Source of the DNA: Kiritimatiellia bacterium
GTDB taxonomy: Bacteria > Verrucomicrobiota > Kiritimatiellia > RFP12 > UBA1067
DNA: 64,000 nucleotides
Reading direction: 5' to 3'
Assembly: GCA_034003585.1 (NCBI GenBank)
Contig: JAVEYH010000004.1
Span: forward strand, 16,488-80,487
The notes under the pieces are model-generated. The model did not search any database. It was not told the DNA's origin and saw only the letters and a list, made by a program, of their open reading frames with translations. Each line of letters begins with the position of its first letter. Positions within the stretch are counted from its first letter, which is position 1. Shown in pieces: positions 16,142 to 25,869 of the stretch. The translations under genes and the position numbers were made by a program.

Positions 16142-18352
16142 TCACTCCCATTGCACAACCGCGAGCAGATAGGTCTTTAGGCGCGGCACGGTCACCTCGA
16201 ACCTCTGCCCCGTCCTCCGCCCCTGCGTCGGCGCGTGCGGTGTCGCCTCATCGGGCGTGAGGAACTCAACCGACTTCACCCGTTTCCCTGCCGGGATCTC
16301 GAGCGTGAGGCCGATGCCGTCCACCTGGGGATGTTCGCGCACGCTGTAGTTCACGAAATGCGCGAGCAGCCGGCCGGCCTCCGGCTGTCTGACACACGAG
16401 AGCGCCACATAGGGCGGGGCCTCCTCCACTGTGACGGGCATCGGCCGACCCGCTGCCCAACGGACCGCCTCCAGCAACTCCTCCCGGTTCGCGGGGCTTT
16501 TCCAGTAGGAACTGGAGGGCTCGGCGCCCCCGGGTTTCTTGAGACCGGGACGGATCTGCGGCAGATACACCGCCCGCCCCTTGCCGTACCGGCTCCGGAC
16601 CGGCACGCCCGCCCCTTCCCCGGTAAAACCCTCCAGTTCCCGGACCAGGCTGCTGTGGCGGTACCATTTGGAATCGACCGACCAGGGGCGCTGGCTGATC
16701 TTCACGCCGGGCGGATAGGGCAGGTCCGCATCGAACAGATCGCGCAGGGCCAGCCGGTGGCGGCGGCGGCGCCAGCCGTCGTAGAGCGACGTCGCTCCCG
16801 TGATCACCACCCCTCCCCCGGCCGCGACATACGCGCGGATCTCTTCGGCCTGCCCGTCGCTCAGGCACTCCTGGTCCGCGAGAACCAGCACCCCGACTTG
16901 GGCGAGAGCGCCGGCCGTCAGATGTCGGTCGAACCGAATGTCGAACGGGATCTTCCCCTCAATCAGCGCCTGTTCGAACAGCAGGGTGCCGTACCGGGTG
17001 TCCGCGGCGCCGTACGCCATGGTGGCAAAGGTTCGGAGCACCGCCACCGGCGCCACGGGCTCAGTCCGCAGATAATACTGCGAGTGGTCATGGAAGAACC
17101 GGACGTAGCGGCGCGTCTCCTCCTCCCAATATCGGGGCGAGAGCAGCGCGCCGACATACCCCAGGCAGTTCCGGTTGTAAGCCAGGGTTTCCGCCATCAT
17201 GAGCCGGTCATGGCCCACCTGCGCAAAGGCGAGATTGCCCAGGGAGCGGCCGATCAGATACGACCGGATGCGGCTGGACATGGCGCCGTTGGGCTGCATG
17301 CCGGGTTCCGGCAGCCCCTCCGCCCAAACGGCCTCGGTCGGCGCGAGAATCCGCGGCCAGTCCACGCCTTTGGTCCACGCCTGGTTCTCCCCCTTCTCCC
17401 CGTGCGGGTTGCTCTCCACCACCACCTCGGGGTTAAGGCGCTTGATCGTCTGCCGCATCTCCTCCAGATATTCGCCGACCGCCTGACAGCGGAAGTCCGT
17501 CCACTCCTGAAACAGCGGATCCCGCATCGGATGCGACGTCAGCTCGACAGCGGGCGGCACGACATGGCGCACGTCACGGAATCCGAAACGGTCCTCCAAC
17601 TGCTCCGGCGAGTATTTGTTCCGGAGGAACGCGCGGAAGTCCCGGATCGCCAGCGGATGATGGAAGTTCTCCGGCCTGCCGTAGTTCACCGAGTTGTCAA
17701 AATGAATCAGGTCCACCTTCGCTTCCAGCACGGCCTTTTTCAGCACGCGCCGGATATAGGCCCGGTATCCGGGATGCCCGATATAGGGAATCCTGCGGAA
17801 GGTCTGCGTTCCATGATACGTGACCGGCTTCCCGAGATAATCCGGCACCAGCCACTCTGCGGCCCGGGGCTCTTCCAGCAGCAGCGATTCGTAACAGAGC
17901 GTGTTGCCGATGTACGCGCCGACGCGCAGGCCGTGCTTGCGGCAACAGGCCGCGAACGCGCGCGCGCGCTCCATGTACGGCCCCTCGCCTTTGAGGCCGT
18001 GGCCCTTGAAGTAGTGCGTGATCACCAGGGTGACGCCCGCCTCCTTGAGCCGCCGGACCGTGTCCTCGGACATGCGCTCCTCATACGCGTCGAGATAGTC
18101 GACCGCCAATTCGCCCCAGCGGCGCTGCGTGGGGGGCTCGCAATCCCAGCCGCCCGCCACAACCAGTGGCGTCGCATCCAGCCAGTTCGGCCGCTGTGCG
18201 GCGCGCGCGGATTCGGTCTCGCGCAGCGCGCGGCCGGACGTGTCCGTCCCGTGCGCCTGCGCCGCGCCCTGCGGCAGTCGCGCGCAGGAGGTCAGCAGCA
18301 GCGCGCACAGCGCGGGGACGCCACGGAAAACAAAGCCGGTTGCATCACGCAT
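16142..18352 (-). CDS. Secreted putative glycoside hydrolase (TIM-barrel, GH42-like) with C-terminal class-I glutamine-amidotransferase-like domain
   Basis: ATG 18352 with AAGGAG SD. Signal peptide MRDATGFVFRGVPALCALLLTSCA. GATase1-like segment GVLVLADQECLSDGQAEEIRAYVAAGGGVVITG, as in beta-galactosidase trimerisation domains. Family assignment is tentative. Confidence 0.5.
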   Translation of the reverse strand: MRDATGFVFRGVPALCALLLTSCARLPQGAAQAHGTDTSGRALRETESARAAQRPNWLDATPLVVAGGWDCEPPTQRRWGELAVDYLDAYEERMSEDTVRRLKEAGVTLVITHYFKGHGLKGEGPYMERARAFAACCRKHGLRVGAYIGNTLCYESLLLEEPRAAEWLVPDYLGKPVTYHGTQTFRRIPYIGHPGYRAYIRRVLKKAVLEAKVDLIHFDNSVNYGRPENFHHPLAIRDFRAFLRNKYSPEQLEDRFGFRDVRHVVPPAVELTSHPMRDPLFQEWTDFRCQAVGEYLEEMRQTIKRLNPEVVVESNPHGEKGENQAWTKGVDWPRILAPTEAVWAEGLPEPGMQPNGAMSSRIRSYLIGRSLGNLAFAQVGHDRLMMAETLAYNRNCLGYVGALLSPRYWEEETRRYVRFFHDHSQYYLRTEPVAPVAVLRTFATMAYGAADTRYGTLLFEQALIEGKIPFDIRFDRHLTAGALAQVGVLVLADQECLSDGQAEEIRAYVAAGGGVVITGATSLYDGWRRRRHRLALRDLFDADLPYPPGVKISQRPWSVDSKWYRHSSLVRELEGFTGEGAGVPVRSRYGKGRAVYLPQIRPGLKKPGGAEPSSSYWKSPANREELLEAVRWAAGRPMPVTVEEAPPYVALSCVRQPEAGRLLAHFVNYSVREHPQVDGIGLTLEIPAGKRVKSVEFLTPDEATPHAPTQGRRTGQRFEVTVPRLKTYLLAVVQWE

Positions 18353-18368
18353 CGCGTTGCTCCTTCTG

Positions 18369-19670
18369 TCAGGGTGTCGGGGGCATATACAGGAACAGAT
18401 GCGACCGCCGCTCGCTCTCGCCCAGATAGAGCGTGCCGTCATCCCCCACGGTCATGGCGTCAAACTGCTGTCCGCGCCAGTAATAGTGCGGGCTGCGGTC
18501 CGCGATCAGAAGCCCGAGGTCCGTAAATCCGCCTGTGACGGGGTCAAAGCAATAGAACTGGCACGGCCGGGAGGCGGAGCGTTCGCCCGCCATCAGATAG
18601 ACCCGCCCGTCCCGTCCGACGGCCAGGCAGCGGATGCGGCGCGACGCGCGCGGCTTGCCGTGGTTGATCACCTGCAGGGTCGCGGGGTTTAGCGCAAAGA
18701 GGTAGCCGTCGGAACTCCCGCCGTAGATCAGGCCCGAGGGGGCTTGCGCGAACATCTCCGCCACCGCGTAATCTGTATAGAATTGCAGATGGTAATCGTC
18801 CCCCGGAATCCGTGCCTGGGCTTCCGCCATTTGCTTGCCCTTCGGGCAGTAATACCGGAGCCGGCCGCCGGTGGAGGAGAAAAAGACCCGCCCCGTGCCC
18901 GGATCGCAGATCAGCGCGCGCGGCAGGCTCCGCCAGTGCCGCTCGGGGCCGCGGAACACGATTTGGCTGTCGACTTCCCCCAGATCCCTCACGCGCCCCC
19001 GGCGGAGGTCATAGACGAAAAAATGGCCGTCGGGATAGGTCAGCCCGTACACCTCCTCACCCGCCGCGTCCGAGGTCAGCGCATAAATCGCGTTGCGCGC
19101 GACCGGAATCCCCAGATCCTCCGTCTCGCACAGCATGTCGGGCAGTCTCACCCGGCCGTTGCTCTGCTGCGGGCGGTAGCGGTAGAGATGGCCGCCGGCA
19201 TACCCGCTGTAGTGGCGCCGGATGTCCTGCCACAAAATCTTGTCCGCTTCGTTTCCCCTGCCGATGCCGCCCTCGGAGAGGGGAATCTCGCGGAACAGGT
19301 CGCGCCCGGTGCCGAGATAGAGGTTGCCCTCGCGATCCTCCGCGAGCGCGTGATGGACCCCCTCCTCCGCCGCGATCCGCCCCAGATGGCGCACCTTGTT
19401 GAGGGCGGGATCGAACAGGAAAAGATAGGCGGATTCCCCTGAGGTCGCCCCGTAAATCAACCCGTCGCGCGCAGTCAGCAGCGAGGTGATCGCGCTGCTG
19501 TTCGCCGGAATCTCATTGACCCCGGCGTACCCGAGTTCGCGCAGGTCGATCCGCTGCCGGTGGCGGATGTTGACCTGCGCCCAATCCTGCGCCCTCCCCG
19601 AAAACGCGCAGACCGTCAGCGCCAGCCAGAGCGCGGAAAGCAACGCCGCCCGGTTTCGCTTCTCCCTCAT
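18369..19670 (-). CDS. Secreted beta-propeller-like protein of unknown function (paralogue of the upstream gene)
   Basis: ATG 19670 with GGGGAGAG SD and a 4-nt ATGA overlap with the upstream gene. Signal peptide MREKRNRAALLSALWLALTVCAFSG. Repeated GxLY/GxxYxL and D-L-G blade-like motifs. Confidence 0.55.
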   Translation of the reverse strand: MREKRNRAALLSALWLALTVCAFSGRAQDWAQVNIRHRQRIDLRELGYAGVNEIPANSSAITSLLTARDGLIYGATSGESAYLFLFDPALNKVRHLGRIAAEEGVHHALAEDREGNLYLGTGRDLFREIPLSEGGIGRGNEADKILWQDIRRHYSGYAGGHLYRYRPQQSNGRVRLPDMLCETEDLGIPVARNAIYALTSDAAGEEVYGLTYPDGHFFVYDLRRGRVRDLGEVDSQIVFRGPERHWRSLPRALICDPGTGRVFFSSTGGRLRYYCPKGKQMAEAQARIPGDDYHLQFYTDYAVAEMFAQAPSGLIYGGSSDGYLFALNPATLQVINHGKPRASRRIRCLAVGRDGRVYLMAGERSASRPCQFYCFDPVTGGFTDLGLLIADRSPHYYWRGQQFDAMTVGDDGTLYLGESERRSHLFLYMPPTP

Positions 19671-20971
19671 GACTCTCCCCCCTCCTGCGGGCGGAAAAGG
19701 ATCAACTGCAGCGCGACCGGCACCTCGCCGACCTGCGCCGTGGCCTCTTTCGGATCGCGCACCTCGACCTCCCCGCACAGGTAGAGCGTGCCGTCCGGCC
19801 CGACCGATGCCGCCTCACAGCCGAACACCCGGCGGCCGTCGCGGGTTTGCAACATCCCCCGGTCGATCCGCTTCCCCTTGCGGAGATCGTATTCGATCAG
19901 GTGATGCCGCCGGGCGTTGCCGAAGGTTTCGACATAGCCGCCGAGCGTGTATTCGCGCGCCGAGGGGGCGAAGAAGATCCGTTGCCGTTCGCTGTCCAGG
20001 GCAAAGGCCAGTGTGGAGTACGGGGCATCGCGGCGGTCGAGAAACGCACCGTGACACAGTTTGGCCAGCGGGGTGACCTCCCCCTCCCGGCCGGCGTGCG
20101 GATCGTAGCGGAACAGGATGGAGCCGCTGCCGCAGGTCACGCCGTATGCGACCTTACGGACCGGATCCCATTCGATGGCCCGCCAGTCATAGGTCCGGTC
20201 AAGCATCGGATTCCCGAGCTGGGCCGGGAAGGCGGTCGGATCATGGGGCAACCGGACCGCGAGATCAACCACTTGCTCGCTCTCCGCGTCGTACTTCCAG
20301 ACGCGCCCGACCGGAAAACAGCCGTAGACGTTTCCGCGGTCATCGCAAAAAATATCGCGGCACACGTCCCAGTTGGCCACGCGCCCGAAATTCCTCGTGA
20401 CCCGCGTTTTGAGATCGAACCGGTAGAAGTATCCGGTGAACCCCACGCCGAACAGGTACCCGCGTTTCGGATCAAGGGTCAGCGGGTAACAACCGATCCC
20501 CTGATCCACCAGACCCATTTTCTCCAGCCTGCCGCTGCGCGGATCGAACTTCATCCAGTGGCCGCCCTCCCAACTGGTGTAGTCGATACTGCGCGGACCC
20601 GCGCCGTTGTTCATGGGCACGAAGTAGAGATTGCCCTCGTCATCCTCGACCGGCCGGTGATGGATCTTGCTGGCCGTGCGGACCCCCTTGCCCCGTTCGC
20701 CCAAAAAGGCCGCCAGATCGAACAGCAGCGTGTTGCGCCGCTCCTCCGGCCGGTAGACATAGAAACTGGAGGTGATCCCCTCCGTGATCAGCCCGGTGTA
20801 CACCGCGCCGTTGCGGGCGGCGTACAGGCCGTCCCACATGTAGTAGTCTTTGCCCGGATACGCGACCGCCTCCACCAGGCAGAGGTCCGATTCCCCGGCC
20901 GGCGCCGCGCACACCGCGGCGAGGAGAAACGCGAAGCCAAGCCGTTTCGTCATCCTGTTCACTCTCCGCAT
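19667..20971 (-). CDS. Secreted beta-propeller-like protein of unknown function
   Basis: Signal peptide MRRVNRMTKRLGFAFLLAAVCAAPAG. Alternative start at 20953. Repeated blade-like motifs (GNLYFVP, GNVYGCF, GTLYLCGE). Confidence 0.55.
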   Translation of the reverse strand: MRRVNRMTKRLGFAFLLAAVCAAPAGESDLCLVEAVAYPGKDYYMWDGLYAARNGAVYTGLITEGITSSFYVYRPEERRNTLLFDLAAFLGERGKGVRTASKIHHRPVEDDEGNLYFVPMNNGAGPRSIDYTSWEGGHWMKFDPRSGRLEKMGLVDQGIGCYPLTLDPKRGYLFGVGFTGYFYRFDLKTRVTRNFGRVANWDVCRDIFCDDRGNVYGCFPVGRVWKYDAESEQVVDLAVRLPHDPTAFPAQLGNPMLDRTYDWRAIEWDPVRKVAYGVTCGSGSILFRYDPHAGREGEVTPLAKLCHGAFLDRRDAPYSTLAFALDSERQRIFFAPSAREYTLGGYVETFGNARRHHLIEYDLRKGKRIDRGMLQTRDGRRVFGCEAASVGPDGTLYLCGEVEVRDPKEATAQVGEVPVALQLILFRPQEGGES

Positions 20972-22986
20972 CTTTCCGCCTCCCGCAGCAAATCGCCTGT
21001 CGTGTACTTCCCCAGCGCACCGAAAACCACATCGGAAAAGCGGTGCCGCAGGCCTTTCGCAACCACCGTTTCCCAAGCCGGCGGCGCGTCGGTCAGCCGC
21101 ACCGCACCGAACCGCGCGGGCTCTGCGACTGCGGCATGCAGCGCGGGGGTCACGGCCCAGGATGACGCGTGCAGCGCGACCGGCCCGTTCCCGCACGTCT
21201 CCCCCAGATAGCGCGCGGCGGCCAGCAGATCCTCCGTCCGGATGCCGACCAGCGAACGCCCCAACAGATAGGCCATCATGGCCGGCCCCTCATCCCACGT
21301 GATGCCGGCCGACCAGACGCCGTACCGCTCGCCTTCCGTCTCGCCCACGCCGGAGAGATCCAGTGCCAGCACCGCCCGTCCCTCCGCGCGCGCCAGCCTC
21401 GCCGCCTCCGCTGCCGCCTGCCCCTTGCCCTGCCCGTGGGCCAACAGTACCGGTGTTCCGCGCGCCGGTCCCGAAGGCCGCAAGAACACGGCGGGCAGGG
21501 GGTAACGCGCATCGCGCCACAGCACCAGCCGGCTGATCCGGACCCCGTGCTCCGTTTCGCCGGTTTCGCGTTCGCAAACCCGCAAGGCGGGGATATCGGC
21601 GAGACGGCGCACGCCCGCCTTGCGCCGAACGGCCTCCGCCAGCGCGCTTCCGGTCAGACGGACCCGCGCGGCCGCGGCCTCCGCGGCCCGCGCGCGCATG
21701 AGATCGTAAACCGATTTCGCGCCGGGCAGCGTCAGCACCGCGCCCGTTTCCGTGACCTGCGCCTCCCGGACGCTCAGATGCGTATCCGGGCACATCGCGA
21801 ACCGCGCGCCGGGAGAAAGCCACCGCACCATCCAACGCACCGCCGCCTCACGCAAAGGCGGCGCCCAGGTGTGCGGTCCCGCGTACTCTTCGAGCGTGAT
21901 GCGCTCCGCCGCGCCGAGCGCGGCGTACACGGCGCAGACCTGTCCCACCGTCTCGCGCGTCACGTGGATCGGGTTGAAATCCTGTTGCGCGGCGCAGACA
22001 CAGGTGGGCCGGACCGCGCGCATCAGCAGCCAGCCCGCGTGTTCCAGACCGAAGGCCATCTGGCCGTACAGGTTCTGCTCCGCATCCGGCGGACCGAAGC
22101 CGAGATTCGGCCCGTCCGGCGGACCGCGGCGCTCCAGCAGCGCCTGCATGGACGTGATATAGCAACTGGGTGAAGCCGCCGTGATGCGCTCGTCCAGTGC
22201 CGCGAGAAAAGTCGTGAGGGTGCCGCCGCCGCTGTTGCCCATGCACCCCAGGCGCGTTTTGTCCACCTCCGGACGCGAGGCCAGATAATCCAGGGCGCGC
22301 ATGCCGTCCCACACCATGAACCGCGCCGTACTCCATCCGAGCAGCGTCGCGGGAACATGGATATGATTGTGGCCCCGCCCGAGGTTGGCGACCGAACCCT
22401 GCAGCCGCTCGCCCTGCTCCAGCGGATCATAGACCAGCGCCGCCATGCCGTTGGCCGCGGCCAGCGCGGCCCCGTTCTGATATTTGACGGCGGCCTTGCC
22501 CTCCTTGCTGTGCCCGCAAGGCACCAGCACCCCGGGATAGGGCGGCGCGTGGCGCTCGGGCAGCGGCAGGAAGAGCAGCGCGGTCACATGCAACCCGGGC
22601 TGGCTTTCAAACACCACCTTTTCCACCCGGCACACCCCGGTCCGGATTTCGCCTGTCACGCGCGCGTTCAGCGGCGTGCGTCCGGGATAACCTCCGAGAG
22701 CCCCGGAACACGCCGCGCGCATTTGCTCCCGCCACGCCCCGAAGGTCCGGCGATCGCCGAGGGCCGCGTAGTTCTCTCGGCTTCGCCGCGCCGCCCGCGC
22801 CATGTCGTTGGACAGCGCGTAATATAGCGCCAGCCGGTGCGGTCCGCCCGCCTCCGTCTCACGGAGGACGGGCCTGCGCAACGCGTCGGCAATCGCGCTG
22901 CCAGCCGAAACGTCCGCCGCGACGATCAGGGGAAGCACGGCACCCAACACGCCCGCGACGCCCTTGCGGACCCGGCCGCGCATCAT
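20959..22986 (-). CDS. Secreted tandem alpha/beta-hydrolase (acetyl-xylan-esterase / dienelactone-hydrolase-like)
   Basis: ATG ATG at 22986/22983. Signal peptide MMRGRVRKGVAGVLGAVLPLIVAADVSA. Nucleophile elbow GNSGGG in the first domain. The second half is also alpha/beta-hydrolase-like (LHASSWA). Confidence 0.65.
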   Translation of the reverse strand: MMRGRVRKGVAGVLGAVLPLIVAADVSAGSAIADALRRPVLRETEAGGPHRLALYYALSNDMARAARRSRENYAALGDRRTFGAWREQMRAACSGALGGYPGRTPLNARVTGEIRTGVCRVEKVVFESQPGLHVTALLFLPLPERHAPPYPGVLVPCGHSKEGKAAVKYQNGAALAAANGMAALVYDPLEQGERLQGSVANLGRGHNHIHVPATLLGWSTARFMVWDGMRALDYLASRPEVDKTRLGCMGNSGGGTLTTFLAALDERITAASPSCYITSMQALLERRGPPDGPNLGFGPPDAEQNLYGQMAFGLEHAGWLLMRAVRPTCVCAAQQDFNPIHVTRETVGQVCAVYAALGAAERITLEEYAGPHTWAPPLREAAVRWMVRWLSPGARFAMCPDTHLSVREAQVTETGAVLTLPGAKSVYDLMRARAAEAAAARVRLTGSALAEAVRRKAGVRRLADIPALRVCERETGETEHGVRISRLVLWRDARYPLPAVFLRPSGPARGTPVLLAHGQGKGQAAAEAARLARAEGRAVLALDLSGVGETEGERYGVWSAGITWDEGPAMMAYLLGRSLVGIRTEDLLAAARYLGETCGNGPVALHASSWAVTPALHAAVAEPARFGAVRLTDAPPAWETVVAKGLRHRFSDVVFGALGKYTTGDLLREAERCGE

Positions 22987-23150
22987 TGGAAGGATTCTTT
23001 CATGACACACTCTTCCCCGTCGTGCCCTTTGTGGCCTTCGTGTGAGAAACAACTTGTTTTTTATTGCTGTTGTGGGTTGGTAAGGCACCAACCTCATCGG
23101 GGTGCCCGCGGCGGGCTCGGGAAAAACCGCCCTGCCCGAGTCTCCCCGAA

Positions 23151-25811
23151 TCAGTTGAGCGAGATCACCGTGCCCGGCGGGATGACGGCCAGATACCCCT
23201 GCCCGTCCAACCGGAACCGCTTGCCGCCGTACTGGATCGCGGCAAGTTGCTCCGGCGTCAGGCCGGCCGCGTCCGTGCCGAAACGCAGCGTTTGCGCACC
23301 AAGCGTACCGGTCAGCGTCAGCGTGCCGGTCCAGGTCTTGTCGTTGCTGTCGGCAAAGCTGACCGCCGCGCTGCCGTCGCCCAGCGCGATCACGCTGTCA
23401 GCCAGCAGTTCGAGCGCCGCGAAGGCGTTGGTGTTCCCGCCCGCATCCAACACCGCCCCGCGCAGCACCAGCTCGTTCTTGCCGTCCGTGTAAAGGTTGT
23501 CCGCGCCCAGCCGCAACCCGCCGCCGATCACCGACACGCTGCCGCGGTAAGTCTGCGGCCCGGTGAGCTCCAGAACCCCGTCGCCGCTCTTCACCAGACT
23601 GCCGCCGATGCTGTCACTGCTGATCGTGCCGGTCAGCCGGGCGTCCACCGCCGCGGACCCGTTCCGCACGCGGAACTCGCGCGGATAGAGATACAGGTCC
23701 AGATCGTTCTCGAAGATCAGCGTGGCGTCGGCATACGGCGAACTCAGCACAAAGGGTTTCCCGTCCGGGACGAAATAGGAGAGGCCCCACGTCAGTTTGG
23801 CGCCCGCCCCGCCCAGATTCACGGTCCGGTCTTGGCCGTACGCGCTGAACCCGCCGCCACCGAAGAAATTGACGCTGTCGCTCGAATTGTTGCTGACCAG
23901 GCGCGAGTAGTCGCCCGGCGTTTCGCCGTTCACGTCCGCGCCCAACTCCAGCACCGCCTCGCCCGCGATGTAATGGCGGCCCGATGTCCAGGTGTAGTTC
24001 CCCATCGCGCGGATCGTGCCGCCGACCATGTACAGGGTGGAGGCGATCGGATTCACCATCTCGATCAGCCCGCTGCCCCCCAGCGTGAAGACTTTGGACC
24101 CCGTCACCGCCCAGGTGAATTTTTCCGTGCCGTAATGAAAGAGGTAACTCGAAGCCTGACTTCCGTGCGTGCCGTTCGTGATGGTGACCGGGTGTGCGCC
24201 GTATGCCAGAATGCCTCTTCCGACAGCGGTATTGTCGGTCTGGATCAGCTTTCCGCCCAGGTCCAGCGTGACCGGGTTGTCCGTCGCGTTCAGCGTCAGG
24301 GTCGAAAAACTGAGATTGGCCGTACGCGTGAGGTCGCCGTCCAGGATCAGGTGGTCGCCGTTATAACTGGACGCGTTCGCTTCCGTGAGCGCCACGGCGT
24401 TGGTGTTCCGCACGATGCGGTTTTCCGCATCCTGGGCCGGGAACCCGACATGCCCCGTCGCGTCCCGGATCATCAGGTAGGCGTCCCCGCCGTCACGGGA
24501 GAGGAGAACCCCGTTGACATTCCGGACGGCGCCCGCATCCGGGAGCAGGGCGTTCGTGGTGCGCAACGCGGCGTTTCCCGCCAACTCAAAGAAGACATGG
24601 GCGGTCGAACCCGTCACCACCAGCCCGTCCAGGATCACCTCCGTGCCGTCCCCTCCGTTGCCGTCGATCCGCAGCCGGTTCGCCCCGAATAGGATTGAGG
24701 AGCAGATTCCGAACTGTTGGACTGTCGTGTTCCCGGAGCCCGACTTGCCGAGGATTTCCAGCGCGCCGTTATCAAGGTTCAGCGTCCGCCCCGCCGCAAA
24801 CAGGCGGTTGCTGCCCGCGCCTTCGCTGTCGCGGGAGAAATCCGCGATCAGGGTCCCGCCCTTGACACGGATGTCCGGATTCACCCCGGCCGGCTGGCCG
24901 GGGAAGGTGTTGTGGCCGGTCAGCCGCCAGATGCCCGAGCCCTCTTTTTCAAAACGCGTCACATCGTCGGCCAGATCCCCGTCAATGCGCCCCTCGCCCT
25001 CCGAGATGCCGCCGAACCAGTATTTGCCGTTGCTGCCCCCATCACTCGACGAAACCGCGCCGGTGAGGCGCAGCCCGCCGCACGCGCTGTCGTTCCGCAG
25101 GATCGGGCTGGCGTCGCGCCGGGTAAGATAGGTCCGGTCCGAAACCGCGTCCCGCGTGCCGATATAGCTGTAATACTCCTGATAGCGCCCGCCGAATTGG
25201 GTTCCGGTCCCGAAGGCGCACGGTTCGCCGCCGTCAGCCAGGGAGGTGAAGAACATCCGCCAGTAACTGCCGCTCGCGTAGACAATCCCCGTGAAGGCGT
25301 TGTCCGGATGGCTCAGCCGGACCGTCGGTTTGCCGTAGACCGTCGAGAGGTACAGGTTGACGTCGCCCGTCATCCGCGCGTCCACCGCCATTTGGCCGAA
25401 CCCCGAAAGGTAGCGCGTCCCCGTGCCGGCGAAGGCGAGGGTCAGCCCGCGGGCGAAGGTCACCCAACTGGCCGCGTTCTGCGGGCCGATGATGAACGAG
25501 CCGTTGAGCGTGACCGTGGCGCTACCCTCCACCCTCACCTGGTGTGTCACGCCGGCGGCGGTCCCGAAGTTCAGGTCGGCGTTTGCGGTGTAGTCCTCCG
25601 TAAACGTCAGGGTCACGCTCTCCGTGATCCCGCTGAAATCATCATCGATCACCCCGCCGTCCCAGTTGGCGGAATTATTGATGTCCGTGCCCGCGGTTCC
25701 GCCCGGCACGCCCGCACCCTTCCATCCGGCCCATGCCGATGCCTGCGCCAACAGCAGCAGCAGCGAAAAACAACACACACGCATTCTTTTCATTCTGTTT
25801 TCCCGTCTCAT
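23151..25811 (-). CDS. Secreted autotransporter-associated beta-strand-repeat protein (PATR-repeat surface protein)
   Basis: Start at ATG 25811 with AAGGAGG SD 7 nt upstream. Signal peptide MRRENRMKRMRVCCFSLLLLLAQASAWA. Many Gly/Thr/Ser-rich beta-strand repeats (GGTLxLxG…, ELTGPQTYRGSVSVIGGGLRLGADN). Confidence 0.7.
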   Translation of the reverse strand: MRRENRMKRMRVCCFSLLLLLAQASAWAGWKGAGVPGGTAGTDINNSANWDGGVIDDDFSGITESVTLTFTEDYTANADLNFGTAAGVTHQVRVEGSATVTLNGSFIIGPQNAASWVTFARGLTLAFAGTGTRYLSGFGQMAVDARMTGDVNLYLSTVYGKPTVRLSHPDNAFTGIVYASGSYWRMFFTSLADGGEPCAFGTGTQFGGRYQEYYSYIGTRDAVSDRTYLTRRDASPILRNDSACGGLRLTGAVSSSDGGSNGKYWFGGISEGEGRIDGDLADDVTRFEKEGSGIWRLTGHNTFPGQPAGVNPDIRVKGGTLIADFSRDSEGAGSNRLFAAGRTLNLDNGALEILGKSGSGNTTVQQFGICSSILFGANRLRIDGNGGDGTEVILDGLVVTGSTAHVFFELAGNAALRTTNALLPDAGAVRNVNGVLLSRDGGDAYLMIRDATGHVGFPAQDAENRIVRNTNAVALTEANASSYNGDHLILDGDLTRTANLSFSTLTLNATDNPVTLDLGGKLIQTDNTAVGRGILAYGAHPVTITNGTHGSQASSYLFHYGTEKFTWAVTGSKVFTLGGSGLIEMVNPIASTLYMVGGTIRAMGNYTWTSGRHYIAGEAVLELGADVNGETPGDYSRLVSNNSSDSVNFFGGGGFSAYGQDRTVNLGGAGAKLTWGLSYFVPDGKPFVLSSPYADATLIFENDLDLYLYPREFRVRNGSAAVDARLTGTISSDSIGGSLVKSGDGVLELTGPQTYRGSVSVIGGGLRLGADNLYTDGKNELVLRGAVLDAGGNTNAFAALELLADSVIALGDGSAAVSFADSNDKTWTGTLTLTGTLGAQTLRFGTDAAGLTPEQLAAIQYGGKRFRLDGQGYLAVIPPGTVISLN

Positions 25812-25869
25812 GCCGACCTCCTTTTTATCATTTCCCACCCCTCTGCGATCACGCCCCGCACAAACTCTT

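Noticed and set aside
16235-18526. 763-aa + ORF antisense to the GH-like gene, and similar long antisense ORFs at 40988..43057, 43246..45222, 47150..48709, 49969..52731, 60076..61902 and 36813..38027
   Set aside because: All are Arg/Pro/Gly-rich with no domain motifs and lie opposite well-supported genes.
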